Made by a program: the position numbers and the translations under genes. Shown one piece after another: positions 38,080 to 47,279 of a stretch of 64,000 bases of DNA. The stretch comes from Bacteroidales bacterium (GTDB lineage: Bacteria; Bacteroidota; Bacteroidia; Bacteroidales; UBA932). The first letter of the stretch is position 1. Every line of letters starts with the position of its first letter. Location of the stretch: the NCBI GenBank assembly GCA_024401855.1, contig JAKSKH010000002.1, positions 31,589 through 95,588 of the forward strand. The letters are read 5' to 3'. The notes beneath the pieces are model-generated. The model was not told the origin of the DNA, searched no databases, and worked only from the letters and a program-made list of their open reading frames with translations.

Positions 38080-38637
38080 ATGGAAGTAATCAAGACAGAC
38101 ATAGATGGTATTCTGATTATCGAGCCTCATGTCTTCGGCGATAGCCGCGGATACTTCTTTGAGAGCTTCAACGCCAAGGAATTCAAGGAAAAAACAGGTT
38201 TGGACATCAATTTTGTTCAGGATAATGAATCAATGTCCACTTACGGCGTAATGCGTGGTTTGCATTTCCAGCGTCCTCCGTTTACCCAGAGCAAACTTGT
38301 ACGTTGTGTCAGTGGATCTGTCCTTGATGTTGCAGTTGATATTCGAAAAGGAAGTCCCACTTATGGGAAGCATGTTGCAGTAGAACTTTCTGAACACAAT
38401 CACCGTCAGTTTTTTATATCAAAAGGTTTTGCGCACGGTTTTTCAGTGCTTAGCGAAAAAGCCGTCTTTCAGTACAAGTGTGATGAATTCTATCACCCTG
38501 AGGCTGATAGCGGAATCAGTATTCTTGACTCATCTCTTGGAATTGACTGGAAAGTTCCTGTTGACAATGCTTTATTGAGTGAAAAGGATGCACGCCACTC
38601 TTTGCTCAAAGATTTCAACAGTCCTTTTCATCTATAG
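38080..38637 (+). CDS. rfbC: dTDP-4-dehydrorhamnose 3,5-epimerase
   Basis: FGDSRGYFFE, FVQDNES, RGLHFQ, DVAVDIR.GSPT, GFAHGF, YKCD. Confidence 0.96.
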   Translation: MEVIKTDIDGILIIEPHVFGDSRGYFFESFNAKEFKEKTGLDINFVQDNESMSTYGVMRGLHFQRPPFTQSKLVRCVSGSVLDVAVDIRKGSPTYGKHVAVELSEHNHRQFFISKGFAHGFSVLSEKAVFQYKCDEFYHPEADSGISILDSSLGIDWKVPVDNALLSEKDARHSLLKDFNSPFHL

Positions 38638-38653
38638 AAGCTGTATGTCGCCA

Positions 38654-39130
38654 AGTGGTGGTTTCAACGGTCCTGCCTGCGGCATCCTTTACGGAAAGCA
38701 GCGGAGCATCGTTCCATCTGGAGGGTTATCTGCGAGAAGAGCCTGTGCTCAACGGGATTGTATTTGGAACAGTAAGTAGGATAATGCATAACGAGCAGAT
38801 TCATATCAAGTCTGGAAGCGAGTTTCATAAGGTCTTGCGTCATAATGTGATGGGAGCCGGAGTTGGAACTGCTGGCGCCAACAAATTGACTGACTTTGTC
38901 TACGCCGCGACTACCACGAGCAAGGGCCTTGGTAGCGAGAAAGCGTCCTTTTTGGTGTTCTTTGTGCGTAGACATAAACGACAGTTTTTCTGTAATAAGC
39001 ACTTATGGAGGAGGCTTCGTAAGCATTTTGAAGAGTATCGGTATTATCTTCAAGTTACGGTATTTTTTCTTTTTTTGCAAAAATATTTAATTGATAATCA
39101 AATATTTAATTCTAATTTTGCGATAGTTCT
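38654..39130 (-). mobile_element. Internally deleted ISAzo13-family transposase remnant, copy 1
   Basis: HYPTYCSKYNPVEHRLFSQIT (ISAzo13 DDE C-terminal motif) joined directly to an N-terminal-like segment FLATKALARGSRGVDKVS. Right limit is approximate. Confidence 0.7.
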
Positions 39131-39234
39131 GAGGCTTGTAAAATGGCCAGTTCTACTTCTGTTTTCAAGGGGATTCCTGAGTGCTACATATGCTTCAAAA
39201 CTGTCACGGGTTATTTTTAAAAATTTTACTAAAT

Positions 39235-40254
39235 ATGATTAAAATATGCCTTGTTGGGGGTGGTAATTTAACCCACGCAACTTTAGGTGTTTTATCTTTA
39301 TCTCAAGATTTAACAATTAATCTCCTTACGCGAAAACCGAATTTATGGAATCATACAATTAAGGTGAATATTCCCGATGGAAAATCGATTTATGGCCATC
39401 TTAATATTATCACATCAGATCCTTCACGAGTGATACCTGAAGCTGATATCATATTATTGTGTTTGCCTGCTTTTGCAATCGAAGAAACAATAATTAATAT
39501 CAAGCCATATTTACAAAAAGATTCAATTGTTGGTACTATCGTTTCAAATACCGGATTTTTCATATATTGCCATAAGCTTCTGTCTAGAAATACAAAATTA
39601 TTTGGATTCCAGCGGGTTCCGTATGTTTCAAGAATCGTAGAGTATGGTAAGGAGACGAATTTATTGGGATATCGTGATGAGTTATTTATGGCAACAGAAA
39701 ACATTGACAATAAAGAGGAATTCAAAAATTTCATAGCGGGAGCTTTCCAAGAAAAAACCACACTGGTAGAATCATTTTATGAAGTAACCTTAAGTAATTC
39801 AAATCCAATACTTCATACTGGAAGGCTATACACTATGTGGAAAGATTGGAATGGGAAACCATTTGACAAGTGCTCACTATTTTATAGAGAGTGGACGGAT
39901 GAAGCATCAGAACTTGAAGTAAAGATGGATGAAGAGTTTTTTAAGTTATTGAAGGCTCTTAATGTCAACACTTCAAATATAGAAACGTTATTGACACATT
40001 ATGAGTCATCGAGCCCACATGAGATGACGGAAAAAATTAAGAGTATTAAATCTTTGGAAACCATTCTATCTCCAATGAAACAAGTTGAAGGAGGGTGGGT
40101 ACCTGATATTGGTAGCAGGTACTTTACTGAAGATTTCCCATATGGACTTAGTTTTATTTGCAATACGGCTAAACAAATTAACGTTAGTGTTCCGCATCTT
40201 GATATGGTGTTAGATTGGGGATTGAATTTTGCAGAGTTCTGTACTTTTAATTAA
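39235..40254 (+). CDS. NAD/NADP-dependent opine (octopine/nopaline) dehydrogenase family protein
   Basis: GGGN Rossmann start, LSNSNPILHTGRLY, SRYFTEDFPYGL. Confidence 0.85.
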   Translation: MIKICLVGGGNLTHATLGVLSLSQDLTINLLTRKPNLWNHTIKVNIPDGKSIYGHLNIITSDPSRVIPEADIILLCLPAFAIEETIINIKPYLQKDSIVGTIVSNTGFFIYCHKLLSRNTKLFGFQRVPYVSRIVEYGKETNLLGYRDELFMATENIDNKEEFKNFIAGAFQEKTTLVESFYEVTLSNSNPILHTGRLYTMWKDWNGKPFDKCSLFYREWTDEASELEVKMDEEFFKLLKALNVNTSNIETLLTHYESSSPHEMTEKIKSIKSLETILSPMKQVEGGWVPDIGSRYFTEDFPYGLSFICNTAKQINVSVPHLDMVLDWGLNFAEFCTFN

Positions 40255-40327
40255 AGGTCTTATCGTCTCTTATCAACTAGTTTCATAAGTTCGATCTGTC
40301 CAGTATTTATATATCAAATTTAGTTAT

Positions 40328-41557
40328 ATGAGTTTACGTGGAATAATTATGGCGATATATGCCAAATCTTTGTATAAGGTTAGATACTTTATCAAACTGA
40401 AATCATATAGACATAAATTGCCATTGCGAGTTGCTGAAATCAGAAAAAAAGAGTCGATAAAGGTTTTGTTTGTTTTGTCGGACTTGAGTACATGGAAAAC
40501 TGAATATCTGTTTCAGTCTATGGTTCTTCATCCCAGGTTTTTACCGGTGATAGGTTTGAGCACAAACAAACAATTGCCTGAGGCTAAGAGCCAATTACTT
40601 TCTTATGTTCAAAGTATGGGGTACAAGTATATTGATTTGGATTATTCAAAAGACAGCATTAAAGATATAAATCCAGACTTAATCACATACCATAAACCCT
40701 ATGACATTTATAGCGAAGGCCATTCCTTTAAGAATAATCTAAACTTTGTCTTCTGGGGTATGGGATATTGCTTCAACATAACTAAGCGTGCCGTTCATCA
40801 GAGTCACGCAATGTATGATTATTGTTGGCAATATTTTGTCGAGAATGACGAAGTAGCACAAGTAAAGAAATCAATACTCGGTTTTCGTGGAGAAAATATC
40901 AAGGTTACCGGTGTTCCAATGCAAGATATTCTTTGCCTTCCGAAAGAAAAATTCTCTGATCCTTGGAAAGATAAAACAGGGAAAAAGCGCATTATATATG
41001 CCCCTCACCATTCTATTAAAGGAACGAACGGAGAAGGTATAGAGTTCGCAACATTTCTTGATTTTGGAGAGACTATTCTTCAACTTGCCGAGAAATACAA
41101 TGATAGTATAACAATCGCATTCAAACCGCACCCTCATTTATACAATAAATTAGTTGACATTTGGGGGAAAGAGCGTACAGATGAGTATTATAATTCTTGG
41201 CGAAATTTGGAAAACACTCAACTGGAGACAGGCGAATATGTGGATTTATTCAAGTATTCAGATGCCATTATTCATGACAGTGCCTCCTTTATTCTAGAAT
41301 ACCTATATATGGATAATCCGGCAATGTACCTTCTATCGGAATCAAATTCCATAGATGATATGTATGATTTTGTGCAGAAAGGATTCTATTGTTATGAACA
41401 CGGAAATAGTGTTGATGATATAGAAAATTTTATCATGCGCGTAATAGAAGGTGTAGATATAATGGAAAATAAGAGAAAAGAATATATCAGACAATATTTA
41501 CTTCCACCGGGTGGAAAAACTGCAAGCGAGAATATCATCAATTCAATCTTAGGATAA
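40328..41557 (+). CDS. CDP-glycerol glycerophosphotransferase (TagB/TagF-like) family protein
   Basis: VTG.P..D, IIYAPH, FKPHP, SDAIIHDSASFILEYL. Confidence 0.72.
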   Translation: MSLRGIIMAIYAKSLYKVRYFIKLKSYRHKLPLRVAEIRKKESIKVLFVLSDLSTWKTEYLFQSMVLHPRFLPVIGLSTNKQLPEAKSQLLSYVQSMGYKYIDLDYSKDSIKDINPDLITYHKPYDIYSEGHSFKNNLNFVFWGMGYCFNITKRAVHQSHAMYDYCWQYFVENDEVAQVKKSILGFRGENIKVTGVPMQDILCLPKEKFSDPWKDKTGKKRIIYAPHHSIKGTNGEGIEFATFLDFGETILQLAEKYNDSITIAFKPHPHLYNKLVDIWGKERTDEYYNSWRNLENTQLETGEYVDLFKYSDAIIHDSASFILEYLYMDNPAMYLLSESNSIDDMYDFVQKGFYCYEHGNSVDDIENFIMRVIEGVDIMENKRKEYIRQYLLPPGGKTASENIINSILG

Positions 41558-41580
41558 TAGGATAAGTTATAGTATTTCTG

Positions 41581-43107
41581 ATGGAATCTATTACAACCGA
41601 CAATAAGCGCATAGCAAAGAATACGGTATATATGTATATCCGTATGTTCATAACGATGCTGATAGGCCTTTATACTTCAAGGGTCGTTTTGGCATCTCTT
41701 GGTTTTGATGATTATGGTTTATACAATGTCGTTGGTGGAGTCATTGCAATGTTCTCCTTCATTAATGGAGCATTGTCTCAAACCACATCCCGTTACATTA
41801 CCTTTTACCTTGGAAAGAAAGATATTCCTCGTTTGCGAGAGGTCTTTTCTACTGGTTTTTATATACACGTCCTTCTCGCTCTGATTATAGTACTTCTAGG
41901 AGAGACAGTAGGGTTGTGGTATGTCAACAATAAACTGGTTGTTCCAGATGGACGTTTTCAAGCTGCTTTTTGGTTGTACCAATTTACTGTGCTTACTGCC
42001 GCTGCTAATATTATCAGTGTCCCATTTAACGCATCAATTATTTCCCATGAGAAAATTTCAGCGTATGCAATAATTACCATTGCAGAATCTGTTCTTAAAT
42101 TGATGCTCGCAATTTCTTTGGTGCACGTCCCTTTTGATCGTCTGATTTATTATGGAGCTGCAATTCTATTGATACAGTTATCATATAATGCTTTTGGTTG
42201 GATTTATAGCACAAAGAAGTTTGAAGGGATAAAAATAATACGGGTTTTCGACAAGAGTATGTTCAAAGAGATGTTTGGTTTCACAGGATGGAATCTTTTG
42301 GGCAACTTCTCTTATATGTTCTTTACTCAAGGTCTAAACCTGATGCTTAACTCATTTTTCGGAACCGCAGTCAATGCAGCGAGAGGTATAGCCGTTCAGG
42401 TTGAAGGTGTAGTACGAGGTTTTGCTACAAATGTCCAGACGGCAATTAATCCTCAAATAGTAAAATCGTATGCCCAAGGTGAAATAGAGCGGATGTTTTC
42501 TTTGGTATTCGCTAGTTCGAGATATTGTTTCTATTTATTGTTCCTCATAGCATTACCATTAATTCTTGAAGCTGGGTTTGTTCTTAATATCTGGCTCGGT
42601 GAATATCCAGAACATACTATCAATTTCATAAGAATAACACTAATAAATCTAACTTTTGAGGCCCTTTCGACACCAATGTTTATGTCAAACCTTGCTTCAG
42701 GCAAAGTGAAGATTTACCAGATTTGTATGGGTGTCACTTCCCTGGTATTTATACCGCTTACGTATTTTGCTCTAAAGTTATCATTGTTGCCTGAGATGGT
42801 ATTCATCTGTCTTTTTGTATTAAAGGTCGTTGAAATGATAGAAAGAATCTTCATTATCCATGCTCAAACTGGAATGTCAAGAATGTTATATGTTAAAAAG
42901 GTTCTTCTCAATATTTGCCTTGTGGTAGTAATAAGTTCAGTGGCTCCAACTGTATTACATTCTGTTATGTGCCCGGGAATCATTAGATTTTTAGTTGTTG
43001 GCCTTACTTGTATATTGTCAATTGGCTTAACCGTTTTCTTGCTTGGTATTAATAAAGAAGAGAGAGTTATCTTTGTAAATTATTTGAAAAATAAGTGCCG
43101 TCGTTAA
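41581..43107 (+). CDS. wzx: Polysaccharide flippase
   Basis: NKRIAKNT..MYIRM, DYGLYNVVGG, NAARGIA, AINPQIVKSYA; many TM segments. Confidence 0.9.
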   Translation: MESITTDNKRIAKNTVYMYIRMFITMLIGLYTSRVVLASLGFDDYGLYNVVGGVIAMFSFINGALSQTTSRYITFYLGKKDIPRLREVFSTGFYIHVLLALIIVLLGETVGLWYVNNKLVVPDGRFQAAFWLYQFTVLTAAANIISVPFNASIISHEKISAYAIITIAESVLKLMLAISLVHVPFDRLIYYGAAILLIQLSYNAFGWIYSTKKFEGIKIIRVFDKSMFKEMFGFTGWNLLGNFSYMFFTQGLNLMLNSFFGTAVNAARGIAVQVEGVVRGFATNVQTAINPQIVKSYAQGEIERMFSLVFASSRYCFYLLFLIALPLILEAGFVLNIWLGEYPEHTINFIRITLINLTFEALSTPMFMSNLASGKVKIYQICMGVTSLVFIPLTYFALKLSLLPEMVFICLFVLKVVEMIERIFIIHAQTGMSRMLYVKKVLLNICLVVVISSVAPTVLHSVMCPGIIRFLVVGLTCILSIGLTVFLLGINKEERVIFVNYLKNKCRR

Positions 43108-43110
43108 TGA

Positions 43111-43230
43111 ATGCATATATTAAGAAATGATGGCATAATTGCAAAACTGGACGAATACCAGAGAAGATGCTATTTCGCAACCGAGGCCCTTGCCCTTGAG
43201 AGACGTGGCCTTTCCTGTACAAGGTCATGA
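43111..43230 (+). pseudogene. ISAzo13-like transposase N-terminal fragment
   Basis: Manual translation MHILRNDGIIAKLDEYQRRCYFATEALALERRGLSCTRS*, which resembles the N-terminal segment of the remnant at 38.9 kb. Confidence 0.55.
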
Positions 43231-43260
43231 ACTATTTTAATCATTTCTAATTTGATTTTC

Positions 43261-43968
43261 TTATCTTATGTCAATGTTTCTCTCTGCATAAGATAAGTCC
43301 GCTTCATCATCGATTTCATACCATTGGAGGTTCTCGAGTTTCAGCACATGCATAGGCAATATCTTTTTGGAAATTTCCAGCAATTGATATTCATATCCTA
43401 GCTTAGGCTGTTCGTCTGCATTATATTCTCGGATGCAAGTTTTATAGAAGTTGTTTGAAAGTTTATGTATTCCGACTAATTCACCCGACGGATTGATTGC
43501 ATTCCTATCGGTTGAACAATCAGTGAGTTCGAATTTTTCATTCATTTCCACATAGTACTGATCCTGAAATTTGGTCACCGGAGTGATGAGCATAGCGGAA
43601 TTGAATTGACATCTGATTAATTCTTCTATTGCTTTCTTTTCAAATACAAGATCTGATTCAAGTAGAAGAAAGTCATCACCAGCTATTTCTTCCCTACAGT
43701 TGTATAGTGTATACATACTGTTGGTTTCGGCATAACGTGGACTGAACACGCACTTGATCTGAGGATACCTTTCCATCAGAGATTCGTATTTTTCTTTGTG
43801 ATATCCTGTCCCGATGATGATTTTTTCAATTCCACATTCCAGTAACGTTTCAATACTCCGGATTACCATTGCTTTCCCTTTGAATTCAACGAATCCTTTA
43901 GGAATCATTTCTGTATATTTTCCGAAACGCGTTCCCATGCCGGCGGCCATAATTACAGCTGTTTTCAT
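43261..43968 (-). CDS. Phosphocholine cytidylyltransferase (LicC-like) family protein
   Basis: IMAAGMGTRF...PKG, Y.ETNSMYTL, LLESDL, GELVGI, WYEIDD..DL. Confidence 0.85.
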   Translation of the reverse strand: MKTAVIMAAGMGTRFGKYTEMIPKGFVEFKGKAMVIRSIETLLECGIEKIIIGTGYHKEKYESLMERYPQIKCVFSPRYAETNSMYTLYNCREEIAGDDFLLLESDLVFEKKAIEELIRCQFNSAMLITPVTKFQDQYYVEMNEKFELTDCSTDRNAINPSGELVGIHKLSNNFYKTCIREYNADEQPKLGYEYQLLEISKKILPMHVLKLENLQWYEIDDEADLSYAERNIDIR

Positions 43969-43974
43969 AATATA

Positions 43975-45429
43975 TCAGTCGTTAATAAAATACTTTCGTT
44001 GCTTGATAAAAAATGCAAAACCAATCAGGCACCAGATTGCAAACATTAAGTAAGACTGTTTGCAGAAATGAACACCTTTCATGCCTTCTATCGGTACCAG
44101 TTGCAATTCAATGAAAGCAAGAGAAAACAGACAACCCAATGCGGCAAGACACTTATAACGGAATCTGCTGTCTTCATCTCTATTCATTGTCACTATGGTG
44201 GATGCGCAAGTAAAGAAAAATCCTATAGATGCACCAATGGCGCTCATATCTACAAACCATCCCAGGGCCTCTCTCCCAAGAACAGGTCCGCTCAAAGAAA
44301 TTACTATGCAGAAAAGCATAGCATTTACCGGAGTGCCGTTCTTCTTACTTATTTTGCTGAATGACTTAGGAAGATATCCATCACGTGCCATGGCATACAT
44401 CAAGCGGCTTGATGCAAGATAAAAGCCCATGATTCCCGAAAGAACTGCACAACTTACAGCTATCCCCAGGAGAATCTTTCCAAAAATGCCAAGCATTTCT
44501 TCTGCAGCTATCAGTAGAACCCACTCCCCGTTCATGACTCGGTCGGGCCAGTTGTTGACTGCTATGGCCGCCACGGTGTTGTTTGCAATGTAAACGAATG
44601 CTCCGAACAGAATTGCTATGCCCATAATCAGCATTACCTTGTTGTGGGAAAATTTGAATTCTTCTGCAACTTGAGGAATAGTCTCGAAGCCTACAAACGC
44701 CCATGGTGCTATTGCAAATGTTGCCATTATTGCTGACAGGATACCCTGTGGCCCGGTTTTGGCAAACTCCTTCAACGCTTCTCCAGAAACCGAAGCTTCA
44801 AGCGCTGCAGCCCGGTCAAAACCCCATGGCATCTGAATGTTACACCACTGGGCCTTTGAACTGAATATAGCAGCAATAGTTAAAGTGAAGACAGAAATGG
44901 CCAGCAAACTTGTCAGAATTGTTTGTATGAATCCGGCTTTTTTAACCCCTATAATATTCAACCATCCGAAAATAATCAGAATAGCTGATGCGAAGATTGC
45001 TTCACCGGCCCATACGTCAAAACCAGCAATGGAATAATGGAATCCCCATTTAAGAATGTCAGCTGTGCCGTCAAGACCATCGACAATCAGTCCGATTGCA
45101 GTTGAATTCATTGGAACGTTTGTCAGATATGCTGCAATAAGGAACCATCCACACAGGTATGCAGGTGCTTTTCCGAAGCATTTTTTTGTGTAGTTGAATT
45201 CTCCTCCTGCTATCGGGTTTTTAGGAACCATATATGCATATGCATATGCGATTATAAACATTACCATCGCACCCAGCGCCATAGCTATTGCTGTTCCAAA
45301 GACTCCGGAGTTGGGCAGGAACTTTTTCCCGGGATTGACGAAAGCACCCCATCCGATAATACATCCGAATGCAATTGCCCAGACGTGGGTAGGAGACAGT
45401 TTTTTTTGTAGTTTTTTATTGTTTTCCAT
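43975..45429 (-). CDS. APC-family amino acid/amine permease
   Basis: AFGCIIGWG, AGGE, WAFVGFE...AEE, SRLMYAMARDG.LP..F; multiple TMs. Confidence 0.9.
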   Translation of the reverse strand: MENNKKLQKKLSPTHVWAIAFGCIIGWGAFVNPGKKFLPNSGVFGTAIAMALGAMVMFIIAYAYAYMVPKNPIAGGEFNYTKKCFGKAPAYLCGWFLIAAYLTNVPMNSTAIGLIVDGLDGTADILKWGFHYSIAGFDVWAGEAIFASAILIIFGWLNIIGVKKAGFIQTILTSLLAISVFTLTIAAIFSSKAQWCNIQMPWGFDRAAALEASVSGEALKEFAKTGPQGILSAIMATFAIAPWAFVGFETIPQVAEEFKFSHNKVMLIMGIAILFGAFVYIANNTVAAIAVNNWPDRVMNGEWVLLIAAEEMLGIFGKILLGIAVSCAVLSGIMGFYLASSRLMYAMARDGYLPKSFSKISKKNGTPVNAMLFCIVISLSGPVLGREALGWFVDMSAIGASIGFFFTCASTIVTMNRDEDSRFRYKCLAALGCLFSLAFIELQLVPIEGMKGVHFCKQSYLMFAIWCLIGFAFFIKQRKYFIND

Positions 45430-45432
45430 AAA

Positions 45433-46593
45433 TTACTCTTTCATTATTGTTGATTGGATATGAGTAATCCGTTTGATTTCTTTTACACTTATATACTCGT
45501 TGTTGTCGTTTCTATTAATCTTGTCCTTCAAAACCTGTATTTCGTATCTCAGGCCGTCAGCTTCATAAGGGAAATAATATTTTTTGTTGTCAGCAGGATT
45601 TTCGAATCTGATTTCGAAATAATCCGGTTTCCACCAGGGCGCTGGAACATATAGATATCCTTTTGTTCCCGAAATTATCATGCTTCCCTCGCTTTTTACC
45701 CCGACTCCAACTTTGAAACTCCCTATTCCACCTTCAAATTCAACACTTGTATTCGTGTATTTCAATTTGTCGCCATCCCATTTCCTGAAGGAGTGTATGC
45801 GCTTGACATCGGTTCCGAATAATTTGAAGAAAACCAACAGAGGATAGGACATGTTTTCCATCATTCTTTCATTGGAAAATTCCTTAGGAAAGAAGTCTGG
45901 GAGGAGATTCGTAACCGAGGCTGAAATGTCAACGACATCACCTATAATTCCTGATTTTGCAAGCATTATCATTTGTTGGAAAGATGGACAATATGCTGTT
46001 TTGATTGCGTTCATTAGAATCAGTCCGTTGTTCCTGGACAGATTGATTAATTCCAATGCTTCCTTATTACTCGATACAAACGGAATTTCGCAAAGAACAT
46101 GACATCCATGAATTAAAGCCTGTGCTGCATACGAATAGTGAGAACTTACCGGGGATGCAACATATACAGCATCAGAAACCGAAAACAGGTCTTCCACCGT
46201 ACAGCAAACCTTTGAAATGCCGAATTTTTCACAGAATGAAATTGCCTCGTTTATGTTGGGGTTGAAAACGGCAATGATATTGATTCCTTTTACATTCCTT
46301 GATTCAGCAACAAATCTCCCGGCAATATTCCCGGTGCCGATAATCCCAATATTAATTATATCATTCGTCCGTTTGAAAGTAGAATCTTTTGTAATCGGTT
46401 CTCCCAATGCTTCCTCAATTTTGCGCCGACTTCTTTTTGATATGACTACAGCTCCGGAAAGCCATCGACTTACTTCGGGCTCTTTTTTTTTGAGCAGACG
46501 AGCAAGGTCGCATTGTTTCATTCCCCTGTGTTTCAGAATCGCCTTAATGTTGGTGATGAGTTCCGAATTTATGTTTTTGAGTTCTGTATCCAT
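45433..46593 (-). CDS. XRE-type HTH domain fused to a Gfo/Idh/MocA oxidoreductase
   Basis: N-terminal GMKQCDLARLLKKKEPEVSRWLSG, then GIIGTGNIA, DAVYVASP, HVLCE, GTKGYLYVPAPWWK. Confidence 0.8.
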   Translation of the reverse strand: MDTELKNINSELITNIKAILKHRGMKQCDLARLLKKKEPEVSRWLSGAVVISKRSRRKIEEALGEPITKDSTFKRTNDIINIGIIGTGNIAGRFVAESRNVKGINIIAVFNPNINEAISFCEKFGISKVCCTVEDLFSVSDAVYVASPVSSHYSYAAQALIHGCHVLCEIPFVSSNKEALELINLSRNNGLILMNAIKTAYCPSFQQMIMLAKSGIIGDVVDISASVTNLLPDFFPKEFSNERMMENMSYPLLVFFKLFGTDVKRIHSFRKWDGDKLKYTNTSVEFEGGIGSFKVGVGVKSEGSMIISGTKGYLYVPAPWWKPDYFEIRFENPADNKKYYFPYEADGLRYEIQVLKDKINRNDNNEYISVKEIKRITHIQSTIMKE

Positions 46594-46825
46594 TATTTAT
46601 ATCGGCAAAATTACTTAACTTTTTTTAAAGAATCTGTTAATATTATACATAATTATGATTTCTTTATTTAATATCGTGGAAGATATGTTAATTTATGTGA
46701 AAAATATTATGTGTTGATTCGCCTCATGTTAAGATTCTTCTTTGCGAGGTTGATTTGGAAATGAGCTTCTTTATCTTTAAATTTGAAAATATTGATGTGG
46801 TGGTTAAAAAATAACATAGTAAAGT

Positions 46826-47138
46826 TCATGGCCTTTTGACGAGATAATATCATTTGGGTAAGGCTTCCATTGAAATGATGCGTTGGAAGTATTCCCTTTC
46901 GCTATATTCGTCAATCGCTCTTTGAATATTATCGGCTTTGGTATTGATGTCAACATGTACGGTCAGTCCTTATGTAGTGGTGGTTTCAACGGTCCTGTCT
47001 GCGGTATCCTTAACGGAAAGCAGCGGAGCATCGTTCCACCTGGGGGTTATCTGCGAGAGGAGCCTGTGCTCAACGGGATTGTATTTGTAACCGCTGGCGC
47101 CAACAAATTGACTGACTTTGTCCACGCCGCGACTACCA
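46826..47138 (-). mobile_element. ISAzo13-family transposase remnant, copy 2
   Basis: 46976-47138 is a near copy of 38654-38916 lacking 99 nt. It continues leftward as TTTT*GLTVHVDIN...LPK*YYLVKR, a degenerate ISAzo13 C-terminus. Confidence 0.75.
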
Positions 47139-47139
47139 A

Positions 47140-47277
47140 GATGATAGTTCCATTAATATTTCAGATGTAGTTAATTTTTATAAAAGTGTAAATCTGAGCC
47201 CTTCTGACATAAGAAGAACTGTTTCCGATTTATCTTGGGATAGACAAATTTCTAGTATCGTAGAGCACCTGAAGTAA
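47140..47277 (+). pseudogene. 3' remnant of a gene, probably a glycosyltransferase, truncated at the IS remnant
   Basis: Open frame with no start, DDSSINISDVVNFYKSVNLSPSDIRRTVSDLSWDRQISSIVEHLK*, ending 2 bp before the next GT gene. Confidence 0.5.
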
Positions 47278-47279
47278 TT

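Noticed and set aside
38655-39242. 195-aa plus-strand ORF, and the similar 95-aa ORF at 46883-47170
   Set aside because: Antisense readings of the ISAzo13-like remnants.
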